Part shown: positions 16,990-27,210 of the stretch, piece by piece
How positions within the stretch are numbered: the stretch's first letter is position 1
Layout: every line of letters starts with the position of its first letter
Source: an uncultured Fibrobacterota bacterium
GTDB lineage: Bacteria; Fibrobacterota; Chitinivibrionia; Chitinivibrionales; FEN-1185
NCBI GenBank assembly: GCA_963729895.1
Contig: CAVSQB010000013.1
Location: 1 to 64,000 of the forward strand
DNA length: 64,000 nt
Reading direction: 5' to 3'
Notes under the pieces: generated by a model
The model's input: the letters and a program-made list of their open reading frames with translations, nothing else
The model's database searches: none
What the model was told of the DNA's origin: nothing
Position numbers and translations under genes: made by a program

Positions 16990-18414
16990 TCAAGCGCAGG
17001 TCCGCTCGAAGAACTCATAATCGAGCGTAGGTTCTGCGGCGACGAGTGGCAGCTTCTCTTCCGGAGGCGGGCGCGGCGACTGTTCCTTCCAAAGACCACA
17101 GTGCTTCAGAATCTTCTGTATTATCGCGTCCTCATCGATGAATGAAATGATCCTCATCTCACCTCCGCACTTCGGACATTTCAGCGGGTCTGCCTCGTAA
17201 ACGCACTTGATGAGCGCAGCCCATGTCATGCGGCATTTTCGCCTGAAAGCGGTGTCAGGTTCAGGCTGTCCGGGAAGGGCAACAGGCTTCCCGTCCTTCT
17301 CACGCATCCCCCGTTTCTTGTTCGAGTAAAAACCGTAATACCTGATCTGGTGCTCGCCCTTATTGGGAATATGCTGCGTGACTTCTGCTAAAAAGTCGAG
17401 CGGGTCAAACACCTCGAAGTTTCTGGGTATGCCTTCCATGAGCGTCTGGATCGGCGGCGTGCAGCGCTCCGGCAAAACAGGGTCGCCTGTGTGCGGGAAC
17501 GGGAAGCACTTCCCCTTTGATGCGCGGTACACTATCCTGCCGTCGGCATTGAGCGTGACCATGCGGGCGAGGCTGAACGGGCACCGGGAGATGTACTCCA
17601 CCAGACGCTGCATGCCTTCGTGGTCGCCCGCCTCAATCCGAACGGAGTTGTCGACATTGAACCCGCTGTGTTTCCACTGCCGCATGTTTGCCGCAGTGTC
17701 CAGGTCTATCTTGAACTCATCAAGCAGCAGATCAAAAACCTTCTCCTGCCAGATGTCGGCCGCCCTGTGCCGCCAGATGTCGGGAATGTGCACAAAGTGC
17801 CCCGTGTCCGTGAATACGCCCTCGGGCACGATGGCGTGGATATGGGAATGCCAGTGTATGAGATCGCCGAACGTCTGCACCGCGCCTACCATTGCGGGAA
17901 CGCCGCAATCTCCGTCGATCTCCAGCGCGTAAACGTCGCATACCGTATCATAGGCAGCGCGGCAGAGCTTGCCCAAAAGGCTCCGGTCGTAGCGAAAGTA
18001 AACCCGCAGCCGCTTCGGAATGGTAAAAACCCATTGGAGATGCGGCACTTCGGCAAGCACCTCCTCCTTGAGCCGATGGCCCAGCAGCAAGGCCCGCTTC
18101 TGATCGCAGGATGGACAGCACGACCGCTGGCGGCAGGAGAACGCGACAAAAAATTCTTCCCCGCAGTCCTTGCACCTGACGCGAGCGAAACCTTCTTTGA
18201 GATCGCCGCATTTGAGGAACTTTTCGATGGACGAGCGAATCACCGGTCGCCAAAAGCCGTATCGCTGCTGATAACGTTCCGGGTACACACGCTCGAAATC
18301 GTCAAAGCAATCGCGCACAACCTTGAAAAACGGCGAGGCATCATGGTCACGCGGACGGTAGAACTTGCGGGGCAGGCCATACGTGCGGGTCTGAGTCAAC
18401 CGCATCGGTATCAT
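16990..18414 (-). CDS. IS91/ISCR-family rolling-circle (HUH) transposase
   Basis: Zn-binding CG...C..C...SC...CPSC; WVFTIPKRLR; HUH motif HSHIH; single Tyr EYISR; IRYYG; C-terminal CPKCGG. Confidence 0.9.
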   Translation of the reverse strand: MIPMRLTQTRTYGLPRKFYRPRDHDASPFFKVVRDCFDDFERVYPERYQQRYGFWRPVIRSSIEKFLKCGDLKEGFARVRCKDCGEEFFVAFSCRQRSCCPSCDQKRALLLGHRLKEEVLAEVPHLQWVFTIPKRLRVYFRYDRSLLGKLCRAAYDTVCDVYALEIDGDCGVPAMVGAVQTFGDLIHWHSHIHAIVPEGVFTDTGHFVHIPDIWRHRAADIWQEKVFDLLLDEFKIDLDTAANMRQWKHSGFNVDNSVRIEAGDHEGMQRLVEYISRCPFSLARMVTLNADGRIVYRASKGKCFPFPHTGDPVLPERCTPPIQTLMEGIPRNFEVFDPLDFLAEVTQHIPNKGEHQIRYYGFYSNKKRGMREKDGKPVALPGQPEPDTAFRRKCRMTWAALIKCVYEADPLKCPKCGGEMRIISFIDEDAIIQKILKHCGLWKEQSPRPPPEEKLPLVAAEPTLDYEFFERTCA

Positions 18415-18497
18415 AAACTTTACTATCTATGATTTGCTTCATAGGTATAACCTCCTTCTCCTTTAGATTCAAGAAATCGGTACACATAACTGTGACA

Positions 18498-18514
18498 GTT
18501 TTCAGTATACATTT
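18498..18514. repeat. 17-bp direct repeat, copy 2, overlapping the palindrome AACTGTGACAGTT (18488-18500)
   Basis: Identical to 15264-15280. Confidence 0.8.
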
Positions 18515-18529
18515 CCTTGGTGTTCAATG

Positions 18530-19087
18530 CTATTTCTTCCCCTTCCCGAACCCCATCTTTTTCCCATCATCCGGGGAATAGTGCTTCACTGACGCAATCT
18601 GCGGCACCGGTTTCGACTGAAAAAGGCTTTCCAACGCGTCAAAGGCAATCTGTATCTGCCGGTCATGGATATTGAGCCGCTTTTCGATATTCACAATGGC
18701 CTTCCGCACTTCCGAATTATCCGCCACGAGGTTTCGTATCCGAACAAGGGCGCGCATGATTTGAATATTAATTGTCACCGCCCGTTCGGAATTCAAAACC
18801 GATGATAACATAGCGACACCTTGCTCAGTAAATGCGAACGGCAATTATTTAATATTCTGGCCTCGCTTCAAGGTCACAAATTGTGACCTTAATGATTCCG
18901 CCTCATCTAAGGTCAGCTGAAACATGAAATCCTCTGGAAACCTTCCAATATTCCGCTTTACCGCTTGATTAAGCGCCTTGGTCTGCACGTCGTACAGTTC
19001 CGCAAGGTCTCTATCAAGAATGACTTTTTTCCCCCTGATAAGATGAATCCGGCTTTCTATTGAAACCTGTGGTATGATTTCTTGCAT
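18530..19087 (-). pseudogene. ORF6N-domain DNA-binding protein with an internal nonsense codon
   Basis: [16 protein letters not shown]...[18 protein letters not shown], then K*LPFAFTEQGVAML; in-frame TAA at 18845-18847 where the family has Tyr. Confidence 0.85.
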
Positions 19088-19318
19088 TATGACAATCCTT
19101 TCTTTTCAAGTGAAAAATATAGATTCCGTCCGCTCTTGAACAAAGCGCGGCAACGGCCTTAAAACCGCGCCAGGCTTCGGACGTGCAAACGGTCGCCCAG
19201 CCTGCCGATCCGCTGTTAGCCGCGCGCCCGTGTCTCGTTCATCCAAACAAAACAGGAAATTGAATTATTCTTTTTGTGTGTTGATACCCGTGGATTTTTG
19301 AAGTGGTTTTTCCGGCAA

Positions 19319-19362
19319 AGTGTACCAATGAGTGTACCAATTTACTTGTACAGTGTACCAAT
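19319..19362. repeat. Three 11-bp direct repeats, candidate integrase arm-binding sites
   Basis: AGTGTACCAAT at 19319, 19331 and 19352, about 115-160 bp from the tRNA 3' end. Confidence 0.65.
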
Positions 19363-19417
19363 TTTCGTACTATTTGGTAGTATTTTGGAGATTGAAATTG
19401 ATAGGAGGAGAATAAAA

Positions 19418-19470
19418 AAAGGCTCTAAAAACGTTGAAATTAGCTTGATTTCGCGGTATTTAGAGCCTTT
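19418..19470 (-). terminator. Hairpin directly downstream of tRNA-Ala
   Basis: AAAGGCTCTAAA / TTTAGAGCCTTT inverted repeat with a T-rich tail on the minus strand. Confidence 0.55.
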
Positions 19471-19477
19471 ATTAAAG

Positions 19478-19550
19478 TGGAGCTGGTCGGGATCGAACCG
19501 ACGACCCCCAGACTGCCAGCCTGATGCTCTCCCAACTGAGCTACAGCCCC
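19478..19550 (-). tRNA. tRNA-Ala(GGC)
   Basis: GGGGCTGTAGCTCAGTTGGGAGAGC...CTGGCAG...GGTTCGATCCCGACCAGCTCCA cloverleaf with G3:U70; CCA not encoded. Confidence 0.95.
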
Positions 19551-19567
19551 ACTAAAATTCTTTTTAG

Positions 19568-19596
19568 AAATTACTTCTGAGGACGGACAAAGTCAA
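19568..19596 (-). promoter_or_regulatory. Sigma70-like tRNA promoter
   Basis: TTGACT-N17-TAATTT just upstream of the tRNA. Confidence 0.6.
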
Positions 19597-19699
19597 ACTC
19601 TTTTCCCGAGACGCGGCATTGCGTTGCGCTCCTCACAGTGAATCTTGGTTCCGGAAGATCAACCGCAGATTGCAATAAATGGCTTCGTGATGAAACTTC

Positions 19700-21418
19700 C
19701 TACAGGTGTTTCTTTTGTATCTTCGCCCAGGTGTCTTTGAGCGATACGGTCCTGTTGAACACCAGATTTCCCGGTTTGCAATCCACACTGTCGGCGCAGA
19801 AATAGCCTACCCTCTCGAACTGGTACTTATCGCCCGCCTTCGCGCTCGCCAAGCCCGGTTCCAATCGGACATTCTTCACAACACGCAAGGATTTTTCATT
19901 AATGATAGACTTGAAATCCATGCCTTCCGGAACATCGTTCGGATCTTCTTTGGCGAGAAGATAGTCGTACAACCGCACTTCCGCGGGAACGGAATGTTCG
20001 GCCGACACCCAGTGCATTGTTGACTTAGGCGACCTTCCATCCGGCGACGAACCGCCGCGCGTGGCGGGGTCGTAGGTGCAGTGGAGCGCGGTGATCTCCC
20101 CCGTCGCCGAATCTTTGTCCACGCCCGTGCAGGTGATGAAATACGCGTAGCGCAACCGCACCTCGCGTCCGGGTGAGAGCCGGAAAAACTTTTTGGGCGG
20201 GTCCGCCATAAAATCGTCCTTTTCGATAAAAAGGGTCTTTGAAAAAGGAACATTTCGGCCGCCCATCGACGGGTCTTCGGGATTGTTCACCGCGTCAAGC
20301 TCCTCAACCCGTCCTTCAGGATAATTGTCGATGATCACTTTGAGCGGGTTGAGCACTGCCATGACGCGCGGCGCCCGTTTGTTAAGATCCTCCCGCACGC
20401 AATGTTCGAGCAGCGCCACTTCCACCATGCTGTCGCGCTTGGCAACTCCGATTTTCTCGCAGAAGTTGCGGATCGCTTCGGGCGTATACCCTCTGCGCCG
20501 CATGCCGCATATCGTGGGCATGCGCGGATCGTCCCAGCCGTCAACCAAACCTTCCTGCACGAGTTCCAGCAGTTTGCGCTTGCTCATGACCGTGTAGGTA
20601 AGGTTAAGCCGGGCAAATTCGATTTGCCGCGGCACGCACGGCACGGGGGCCTGCCTCAGGAACCAGTCGTACAGCGGCCGGTGGTTCTCGAATTCGAGCG
20701 AACATAACGAATATGTAACGCCTTCTATGGCGTCTTCGTTGCCTTGTGCCCAGTCGTACATCGGGTAGATGCACCACGCGTCGCCCTGGCGATGGTGCGG
20801 CTTCTTGACAATGCGGTACATCGCGGGATCGCGCAAGTTAAGGTTGGGCGATGCCATGTCGATTTTGGCGCGCAGGGTGCGCGACCCGTCTTCGAACTCC
20901 CCTTTGCGCATGCGTTCGAACAGGTCGAGATTCTCCTCAATGGACCGGTTGCGGTACGGGCTGTCCTTACCGGGTTGTGTCAGCGTGCCCCGATACTCCC
21001 GCATTTGGTCTGCGTTGAGATCGCACACGTACGCTTTGCCGGCCTTGATCATGTACACGGCCCATTCGTACATTTGTTGAAAGTAGTCGGAAGCATAGTA
21101 CAGGTGTTTGCCCCAATCGTAGCCAAGCCATCTAACGTCGCGCTGAATGGCTTCCACGTATTCCTGATCTTCCTTACTTGGGTTGGTGTCGTCGTAACGC
21201 AAATGGCACTCGCCGCCGAATTCCATTGCCATCCCAAAGTCGATGCTTATGGCCTTGGCGTGGCCGATATGCAAATAGCCGTTAGGTTCGGGCGGGAACC
21301 GGGTCACCACATTCTTCGTCTTGCCGGACGCAATGTCTTCCAGAATGAAATCGCGGATGAAGTTGGCTGGTTTTTCGGCTTGCAGTTCAGGATAGTCTCT
21401 TCTGATGTCTTCCGTCAT
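19700..21418 (-). CDS. glnS: Glutamine--tRNA ligase
   Basis: [28 protein letters not shown]. Confidence 0.97.
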   Translation of the reverse strand: MTEDIRRDYPELQAEKPANFIRDFILEDIASGKTKNVVTRFPPEPNGYLHIGHAKAISIDFGMAMEFGGECHLRYDDTNPSKEDQEYVEAIQRDVRWLGYDWGKHLYYASDYFQQMYEWAVYMIKAGKAYVCDLNADQMREYRGTLTQPGKDSPYRNRSIEENLDLFERMRKGEFEDGSRTLRAKIDMASPNLNLRDPAMYRIVKKPHHRQGDAWCIYPMYDWAQGNEDAIEGVTYSLCSLEFENHRPLYDWFLRQAPVPCVPRQIEFARLNLTYTVMSKRKLLELVQEGLVDGWDDPRMPTICGMRRRGYTPEAIRNFCEKIGVAKRDSMVEVALLEHCVREDLNKRAPRVMAVLNPLKVIIDNYPEGRVEELDAVNNPEDPSMGGRNVPFSKTLFIEKDDFMADPPKKFFRLSPGREVRLRYAYFITCTGVDKDSATGEITALHCTYDPATRGGSSPDGRSPKSTMHWVSAEHSVPAEVRLYDYLLAKEDPNDVPEGMDFKSIINEKSLRVVKNVRLEPGLASAKAGDKYQFERVGYFCADSVDCKPGNLVFNRTVSLKDTWAKIQKKHL

Positions 21419-21428
21419 GGGTACCTCT

Positions 21429-22898
21429 TTAATTGATTTTGCTGATTGCCGTTTTGATTCGCCGAGTGACGGCCTCTTTGCCGAGCAATTCCATCATTTC
21501 GAACAACCCCGGCCCAAAGCTCACGCCGCTGACGGCGAGGCGCGTCGGATGAACAAGCTCGCCTATGGAGATTCCGGTTCGCGCCGCGTGCCCGCGATAC
21601 AACGCATCGATTTCTTCATGCGTAAAATTCTCCATCGCCTCGAGCTTCCCGAGAAGCTCCCGCAGCACCGAGCCGGTTCCCGTTTTGAAATGCTTTCGAA
21701 CCGCCTTTTCTTCGTACGTTTCCGGATCTTTGAAAAAGTACACCGAGTTGTCGGCAATCTCGTTTATGCGTTTGGATCTGTCTTTGAACATTTTAATCAC
21801 CGAAAGCAAGTAGTGATCGTTGTCGTGGCTACCTGCAGAAACCATCCCTTTTTCTTTCCAGAGCCCGATTACCTCCGGGGCCAGGCGCTCAGCCGTGGAT
21901 TCCATAAGGTAAAGTCCGTTCATCCAGTCGAGTTTTTGTTCGTCGAGCACGGCCCCTTTGGGCGATATCTGTTCTATGGCAAAAGCATCGACAATGTCCT
22001 GCCTCGACATCTTCTCCCGCATGTCGCCACCGCCGGGTGACCAGCCGAGCAGGGCAAGAAAATTGAACAGCGCGTCCGAAAGTATTCCCCGGTTCTTGTA
22101 GTCCATGACCGACGCGGCACCCTTGCGTTTCGAAAGCTTGCCGCCCGATGGATCGAGAATCACGGGCATGTGAGCAAAGTGCGGCGGAGCCCAGCCGAAG
22201 GCTTCGTACAGTAAAATGTGACGCGGGGTCGAGGAAATCCATTCGTCACCGCGGAGCACATGCGATATCTTCATTTCGTGATCGTCAACTACATTAGCCA
22301 GATGATACGTTGGAAAACCATCCGACTTGAGAATCACCAGATCATCGAGTACCTCGGTTTTATACTCGATGGCGCCGCGGATCATGTCGGTGAACACAAC
22401 CGTGCGGTCCTCGGGAACTTTAAAGCGCACCACGAAGGATTTTCCCTCGCCGAACAGCCGCTGCTGCTCCTCCCGGGACAGGTTCCGGCAATGCCTGTCG
22501 TAGCCGGTAAGCATTTTGGCCTTTTCGCGGGCGAGCCTCACCTCCTCAAGACGGGCCGCGGTGCAAAAACATCGGTATGCATGCCCTTTGTCAAGCAGTT
22601 CCCCAGCATACCGTTCGTAAAGCGCCAGGCGCTCCGACTGCACATACGGACCCGCCGGGCCGCCCGCCTCCGGCCCTTCGTCCCACCAAAGCCCCAGCCA
22701 GTTGAGGCTCTGGTAAATCTCGGCAAGCGCGCCCTCAACAAACCTTGTTCTGTCCGTATCTTCGATACGGAGAATGAACGTGCCGCCGGTGTGCTTTGCG
22801 TAAAGAAAGTTGAACAAAGCCGTGCGTGCACCGCCGACATGCAAATATCCGGTCGGAGAAGGGGCAAATCGGACACGGACGGGTGGAGGCATTGTCAT
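21429..22898 (-). CDS. gltX: Glutamate--tRNA ligase
   Basis: [16 protein letters not shown] and KLSKR; start at 22898 or 22892 rather than 23021. Confidence 0.97.
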   Translation of the reverse strand: MTMPPPVRVRFAPSPTGYLHVGGARTALFNFLYAKHTGGTFILRIEDTDRTRFVEGALAEIYQSLNWLGLWWDEGPEAGGPAGPYVQSERLALYERYAGELLDKGHAYRCFCTAARLEEVRLAREKAKMLTGYDRHCRNLSREEQQRLFGEGKSFVVRFKVPEDRTVVFTDMIRGAIEYKTEVLDDLVILKSDGFPTYHLANVVDDHEMKISHVLRGDEWISSTPRHILLYEAFGWAPPHFAHMPVILDPSGGKLSKRKGAASVMDYKNRGILSDALFNFLALLGWSPGGGDMREKMSRQDIVDAFAIEQISPKGAVLDEQKLDWMNGLYLMESTAERLAPEVIGLWKEKGMVSAGSHDNDHYLLSVIKMFKDRSKRINEIADNSVYFFKDPETYEEKAVRKHFKTGTGSVLRELLGKLEAMENFTHEEIDALYRGHAARTGISIGELVHPTRLAVSGVSFGPGLFEMMELLGKEAVTRRIKTAISKIN

Positions 22899-22932
22899 TC
22901 CCTGTGAAAGCATCTCTCGTGCTCGTGCGAAA

Positions 22933-23895
22933 TCACGCCCTGGCATTCGGGTTGACCACAACCAGGATCTTTCCCAGCCGTGCGACCGCTTTTTTTCCGA
23001 ACACATGTTTGAATTCGTCAAGTTTGTTCTTCATGTATTCCGTTTTCCCGTGGCAATCTTGTTTGAAGGCGGTCAATTCCCTGCGTTTTTTGGAGAATTG
23101 GCGCAATTCACCGAGCACGTGCGCCTTGAGCAGCGACAGCATTGTCATGGTGGAATTATCCGCCCGCCTCGCATCCAAAAAATCAAGGGCCTCGGTAAAT
23201 TGTTTTTCTCTGCACAAATGATATGCCTTTATCACAATTTCAATCTCATTGAATCTCTTGTTGATGAAGGTCAGCCGCTTGCGGAGCAGTTCCACATCCA
23301 GATGCGGCTGCTGCGTTTCGTAATGCGTGATAAGCTTATGCAAGGCCTGGATGTTGTCCGGATCGCGCGACAACAGGTCTTCGAGGCCCGCTTCCTCCTT
23401 CTCAAAATCGCCTTGCTGTTCATACAGATCGGCAAGCTTGAGACGGGAAAAATAGTTGCCGGGTTCAAGAGTTATTTCCCGCTCGAGGCACTTGACCGCA
23501 TTCTTGCCATCGCCCAATTCCAAGTAGGATGTCGCGAGATTGTGATACGGCATGGCATAACGGCCAAAGACCGAGCATGCTTTCTTGAACCACCCGATGC
23601 TCTGCCGGAAACACCCCACATATTGGTTCACCTCGCCTATCAGAATGTAGATGTCCGCCAGATCGCGGCGATCCTCTTCGTTCTTATTTTTCATTGCCTC
23701 GAAGAACGCCGCGACACGTCTGAGTGCGCCCGTGGCCGCCTTGCATTTTCCGCCTATACAAAGGGCATAAGTCCTGTTTTCAATAAACTCCGAGACATCC
23801 TTAAAATCGACGGATTTGGCGATTACAAGCTCGCAAAGCTGGGCGAGAGACAATTCCTCGTATGTGTTGATGGACGCTATTTTCAATGCCGTCAT
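22933..23895 (-). CDS. Tetratricopeptide repeat protein
   Basis: YHNLATSYLELGD..NA..CLE and LADLYEQQGD TPR patterns. Confidence 0.8.
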   Translation of the reverse strand: MTALKIASINTYEELSLAQLCELVIAKSVDFKDVSEFIENRTYALCIGGKCKAATGALRRVAAFFEAMKNKNEEDRRDLADIYILIGEVNQYVGCFRQSIGWFKKACSVFGRYAMPYHNLATSYLELGDGKNAVKCLEREITLEPGNYFSRLKLADLYEQQGDFEKEEAGLEDLLSRDPDNIQALHKLITHYETQQPHLDVELLRKRLTFINKRFNEIEIVIKAYHLCREKQFTEALDFLDARRADNSTMTMLSLLKAHVLGELRQFSKKRRELTAFKQDCHGKTEYMKNKLDEFKHVFGKKAVARLGKILVVVNPNARA

Positions 23896-23905
23896 GATGA
23901 AATGT

Positions 23906-25180
23906 CTATCGTTTGCGGAATGCGGTTACCTTGCCCAATTGGTTGCAATACGCCGTCGTCGTTCCCTCAACTGACACCGACGCCATGGAAGAAAGCCGGT
24001 CGCACGCATCCAGAAGCCCCGCGGCGCCGCTCCCAGAAAATAATACCCAGTTTCCGATGAGATAATAACCTTTTGGCAAATCGCGCACGGCAAGTCGGAA
24101 CCCGCATTGGCCGATGCCGCCCCGATCCGAGGGCATTGTCACGCGATACCCGCTTCCGGAAAGCAAGCGATTATCGATGTCAGCGTCGAGCACCCACCCG
24201 TAGCCAAGGAGGCCGTTATGTGCGGTCATGCAGGTATGATTCGGGTTTGTCTCGACCAGCGTATCGAGCCTCAGGGCCGAACCGAGTGGAAACGAAATAC
24301 CGCGCGATGCGACATCAAACGAAAAGCCCGCCGCCTCCTGCCTGAACACCGGAGTCATTTCGATGTACGCCACTTTGAACAAAGTTCTGAATTTCATCGG
24401 AAGGTGAATATACACCGGCACCCGCACGAGCTGCGGATAGCAAATCTGGTTCACGGCGGCATGGCTTCCCTTAAAAAACAGGCCCAGGTTGAGATGAAAA
24501 TCTCCCCTGCGGATAAGCCGGATTGGCCCGGTCTTATAACGCTTTACAAGGCAGACCATGTTGTCTTCGGAATAGGTGATGGGCAGAATTCCCCAGAGCG
24601 CCTTGAGGACGATCCTGACCCGGAGCTCGTTGGTCAGATTGAGATAGCTGTTCGTTGAAAAGTTCTTGACCCCTGCATGTGTAAAATGAAACCGGTCATG
24701 GCCGAAATTCGCGTAAAAATACGGCGTCGTTATCAGCTCTTTAGAACTGTCGTAATCGATATAGGAAACCGGAGAAAGAGGAATGGAAGGGTTGTCGGTA
24801 ATGTACACAAACCTGTTTTCCGATTCGCGGCCAATTGTCACACAGGTGCGGCCCTTCACTCTTGCCGTTTCACCCGTCAATTCCATGTGTTGCCCAAGGC
24901 CAACCGTATCCGCGTCTTCCCACAAAAACACGATTTCGTCTGCGGTATCGAGCATACCGCTTCCCTTATTGGGTTCCTTGCCATTGGGACATATATAGTC
25001 GGCGCTGTCCACCTGGTCGATTTGAAACGGAATGCAGGCGCCTGCGTGATTTGTAACGCGCAAATCCACAATGTTCTTTCCCAGAAATGCGGGTATCATC
25101 TTACCGGTAATGACAATGGGTTCGGCGCATGCCAGGCCGGGCAGCAGCACGAATACGAGAAGGATGATTCTTGATTTCAT
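23906..25180 (-). CDS. Hypothetical secreted protein
   Basis: Signal peptide; IPFQID and GPIRLIR motifs. Confidence 0.75.
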   Translation of the reverse strand: MKSRIILLVFVLLPGLACAEPIVITGKMIPAFLGKNIVDLRVTNHAGACIPFQIDQVDSADYICPNGKEPNKGSGMLDTADEIVFLWEDADTVGLGQHMELTGETARVKGRTCVTIGRESENRFVYITDNPSIPLSPVSYIDYDSSKELITTPYFYANFGHDRFHFTHAGVKNFSTNSYLNLTNELRVRIVLKALWGILPITYSEDNMVCLVKRYKTGPIRLIRRGDFHLNLGLFFKGSHAAVNQICYPQLVRVPVYIHLPMKFRTLFKVAYIEMTPVFRQEAAGFSFDVASRGISFPLGSALRLDTLVETNPNHTCMTAHNGLLGYGWVLDADIDNRLLSGSGYRVTMPSDRGGIGQCGFRLAVRDLPKGYYLIGNWVLFSGSGAAGLLDACDRLSSMASVSVEGTTTAYCNQLGKVTAFRKR

Positions 25181-25383
25181 TGGGATTTGAACTCTTCTTG
25201 CTTGCTCAGCACTGGAGCATTAAGCCGGGAGCAGCGACCAAGGTTGATAAAATACGTCTACGGGGTACAGAATGAAAGGAGGGACCGTGAAAGCGGTTGG
25301 AATGATTTCGCTTTTGGGCATGCCATAGGGTACGGATCGGCGTTTCGGAGTCTAAACCGGGACCGGTGTCCGTTGTTCTTGTC

Positions 25384-27069
25384 TTACATTTTCTTCCTCA
25401 CCATGATCGACAGCAGCAACCCAAATCCCATGATTGCGGCCACGACGAATCCGACAATCCCTATGACGGGAATATCGTGGAATCTGGGCGGAATCCTTGA
25501 AAGCACCACCAGCGAAGAGCCGATGATGAGTGAAGCGAGGATGACGGTGAATGCAAGCCGGTCAACCAACTGCTCGTGCGTACGTAACATGGGCTCCAGC
25601 CCGCGATGTTCGAATTCGATGCGAACCCTTCCGGCTTTGACAAGCCGCATGACGTCGCGAAGGTCGTAGGGAAGGTTTCTCACGATGGCGCCCAGGTCGA
25701 GACCCGACGCAACTAGACCTGACAAATGCGATAATGGGTTGAGCCGTTCGGCCATCAACTTCTTTGCAAACGGTTTCACATATTCGACAAGGGTGAAATC
25801 AGGGTCAAGGCTGAAGCCAACGCCTTCGATGGTAATCATCGCCTTCACAAGCAGATAGAAGCCGGGCAGTATTCTTATCTTGTGCGTAATAATAAGTTTT
25901 GTGATGCGCGTCATGAGATCGCCGATGTTGACGTCCTTGAGGGAAAGGAGAACATAGTCTTCAAGCAACTCGGTAACGTCGTATTCGAGCATTTGGACAT
26001 CCGCAATAGGCTGCCGGCTCTGTTCAACGAGCGTTCGAGCGATCTTACCGGGGTCTCTGTCGACAACACCGAGCATAATTGAGACAAGGTATTCCTTGAG
26101 CGATGGGGACAAGATACCCATTATTCCGAAATCAAGGAAACAGATGACTCCACTTTCAAGTATCAGGATGTTGCCCGGGTGCGGGTCGGCATGGAAGAAG
26201 CCATGTTCGAAGATCTGCTTGAACAGAAGCGTGGTACCACGCTCTGCAATTTGCTTCAAATCAAGCCCGGCTGATTTTAGCTTGCCAACATCAGAAGCTC
26301 TTATTCCGTCAACGAATTCCGTCGTGAGGACTCGTTTTGTGGTCAAATGGCGGTATACCGCCGGCACATACACCGTGGCGTCGCCGCGGAAGTTCTCCGC
26401 AAAACGCTCGATATGGGACGCTTCATTGAGAAAATTGAGTTCCTTGCGTATGCTGCGCACGAATTCCTCGTGGATTCGCACGGGACTCACATACTTGGCG
26501 AATTCAACATGCTTTTCGATAATTGAAGCGACCTGAAACAGGATGTCGATATCAGTCTCTATAACTTCCTCAAGTCTTGGCCGTTGAACCTTGACGGCAA
26601 CCTGGGTGCCGTTTGCAAGCGCGGCACGATGCACCTGGGCAATGGAAGCAGAGGCAAAGGGGTCTTTGGAAAAATCAGAAAAGATCTCGGTCACCGGCTT
26701 GCCGAATTCTTTTTCAAGGATTCGAACGGATTCTTCGGCGGGAAAAGGCTCAACTGAGTCCTGTAATTGCCTCAGCGCCGTTATGATCTCCTGCGGCAGC
26801 ACGTCGGGACGGTTGCTCATGAACTGGCCCAGCTTTATGAATGTGGGCCCCAACTCCGTAAATGCCAGGCGGAGGCGGTCGCCGTGCGACAGATGGTGCA
26901 AGCTTGCGTCAGACCTGGCAGCGGGCCTTAGTCCCGGCGGCAGATACCGCTCGAGGCGCAGGGTGGCGAGCAAGTCGCCCAGCCCGTACTTAATAAAGAC
27001 GGACATTATCTCGCCGTACCTGGCGATCTGGCGGTAGGTACGGCCGATGGTGGGAATTCTTCGGAACAT
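25384..27069 (-). CDS. ABC1/UbiB (AarF) family kinase-like protein
   Basis: LGPTFIKLGQ, ASASIAQVH, VAVKVQRP, FFHADPHPGN, LDFG; C-terminal TM helices. Confidence 0.93.
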   Translation of the reverse strand: MFRRIPTIGRTYRQIARYGEIMSVFIKYGLGDLLATLRLERYLPPGLRPAARSDASLHHLSHGDRLRLAFTELGPTFIKLGQFMSNRPDVLPQEIITALRQLQDSVEPFPAEESVRILEKEFGKPVTEIFSDFSKDPFASASIAQVHRAALANGTQVAVKVQRPRLEEVIETDIDILFQVASIIEKHVEFAKYVSPVRIHEEFVRSIRKELNFLNEASHIERFAENFRGDATVYVPAVYRHLTTKRVLTTEFVDGIRASDVGKLKSAGLDLKQIAERGTTLLFKQIFEHGFFHADPHPGNILILESGVICFLDFGIMGILSPSLKEYLVSIMLGVVDRDPGKIARTLVEQSRQPIADVQMLEYDVTELLEDYVLLSLKDVNIGDLMTRITKLIITHKIRILPGFYLLVKAMITIEGVGFSLDPDFTLVEYVKPFAKKLMAERLNPLSHLSGLVASGLDLGAIVRNLPYDLRDVMRLVKAGRVRIEFEHRGLEPMLRTHEQLVDRLAFTVILASLIIGSSLVVLSRIPPRFHDIPVIGIVGFVVAAIMGFGLLLSIMVRKKM

Positions 27070-27210
27070 GGCGACACTCGGGATTTCTACTTGACTACGA
27101 GAAAGACGTAGACGGGCGCGATGCTACGACCTTGCTCTTTCGCCTGCGGGCAGAAAGGTTCTTCTGCCTCACACGCACGCATCCGGCCGCTTTCGTTCCC
27201 GCTCGTTCGT

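Larger units (their letters stand above)
1..19477. mobile_element. tRNA-Ala-integrated genomic island (satellite/integrated-plasmid-like); left border outside window
   Basis: int, xis, cro, primase-helicase and defence cargo, visibly more AT-rich, ending at the tRNA 3' end with arm-like repeats. Confidence 0.75.

Noticed and set aside
18478..18510. Canonical dif site upstream of the IS91 transposase
   Set aside because: A TTATGT arm is present, but the AA-to-TT spacing is 9 bp and the other arm is poor; kept only as part of the direct-repeat finding
19274..19555. 93-aa plus-strand ORF
   Set aside because: Overlaps the tRNA antisense strand and the att repeats
22899..23021. N-terminal extension of gltX in the ORF track
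   Set aside because: Overlaps the TPR gene; GluRS homology starts at [10 protein letters not shown]
22810..24060. 416-aa plus-strand ORF
   Set aside because: Antisense to the TPR gene in a minus-strand operon
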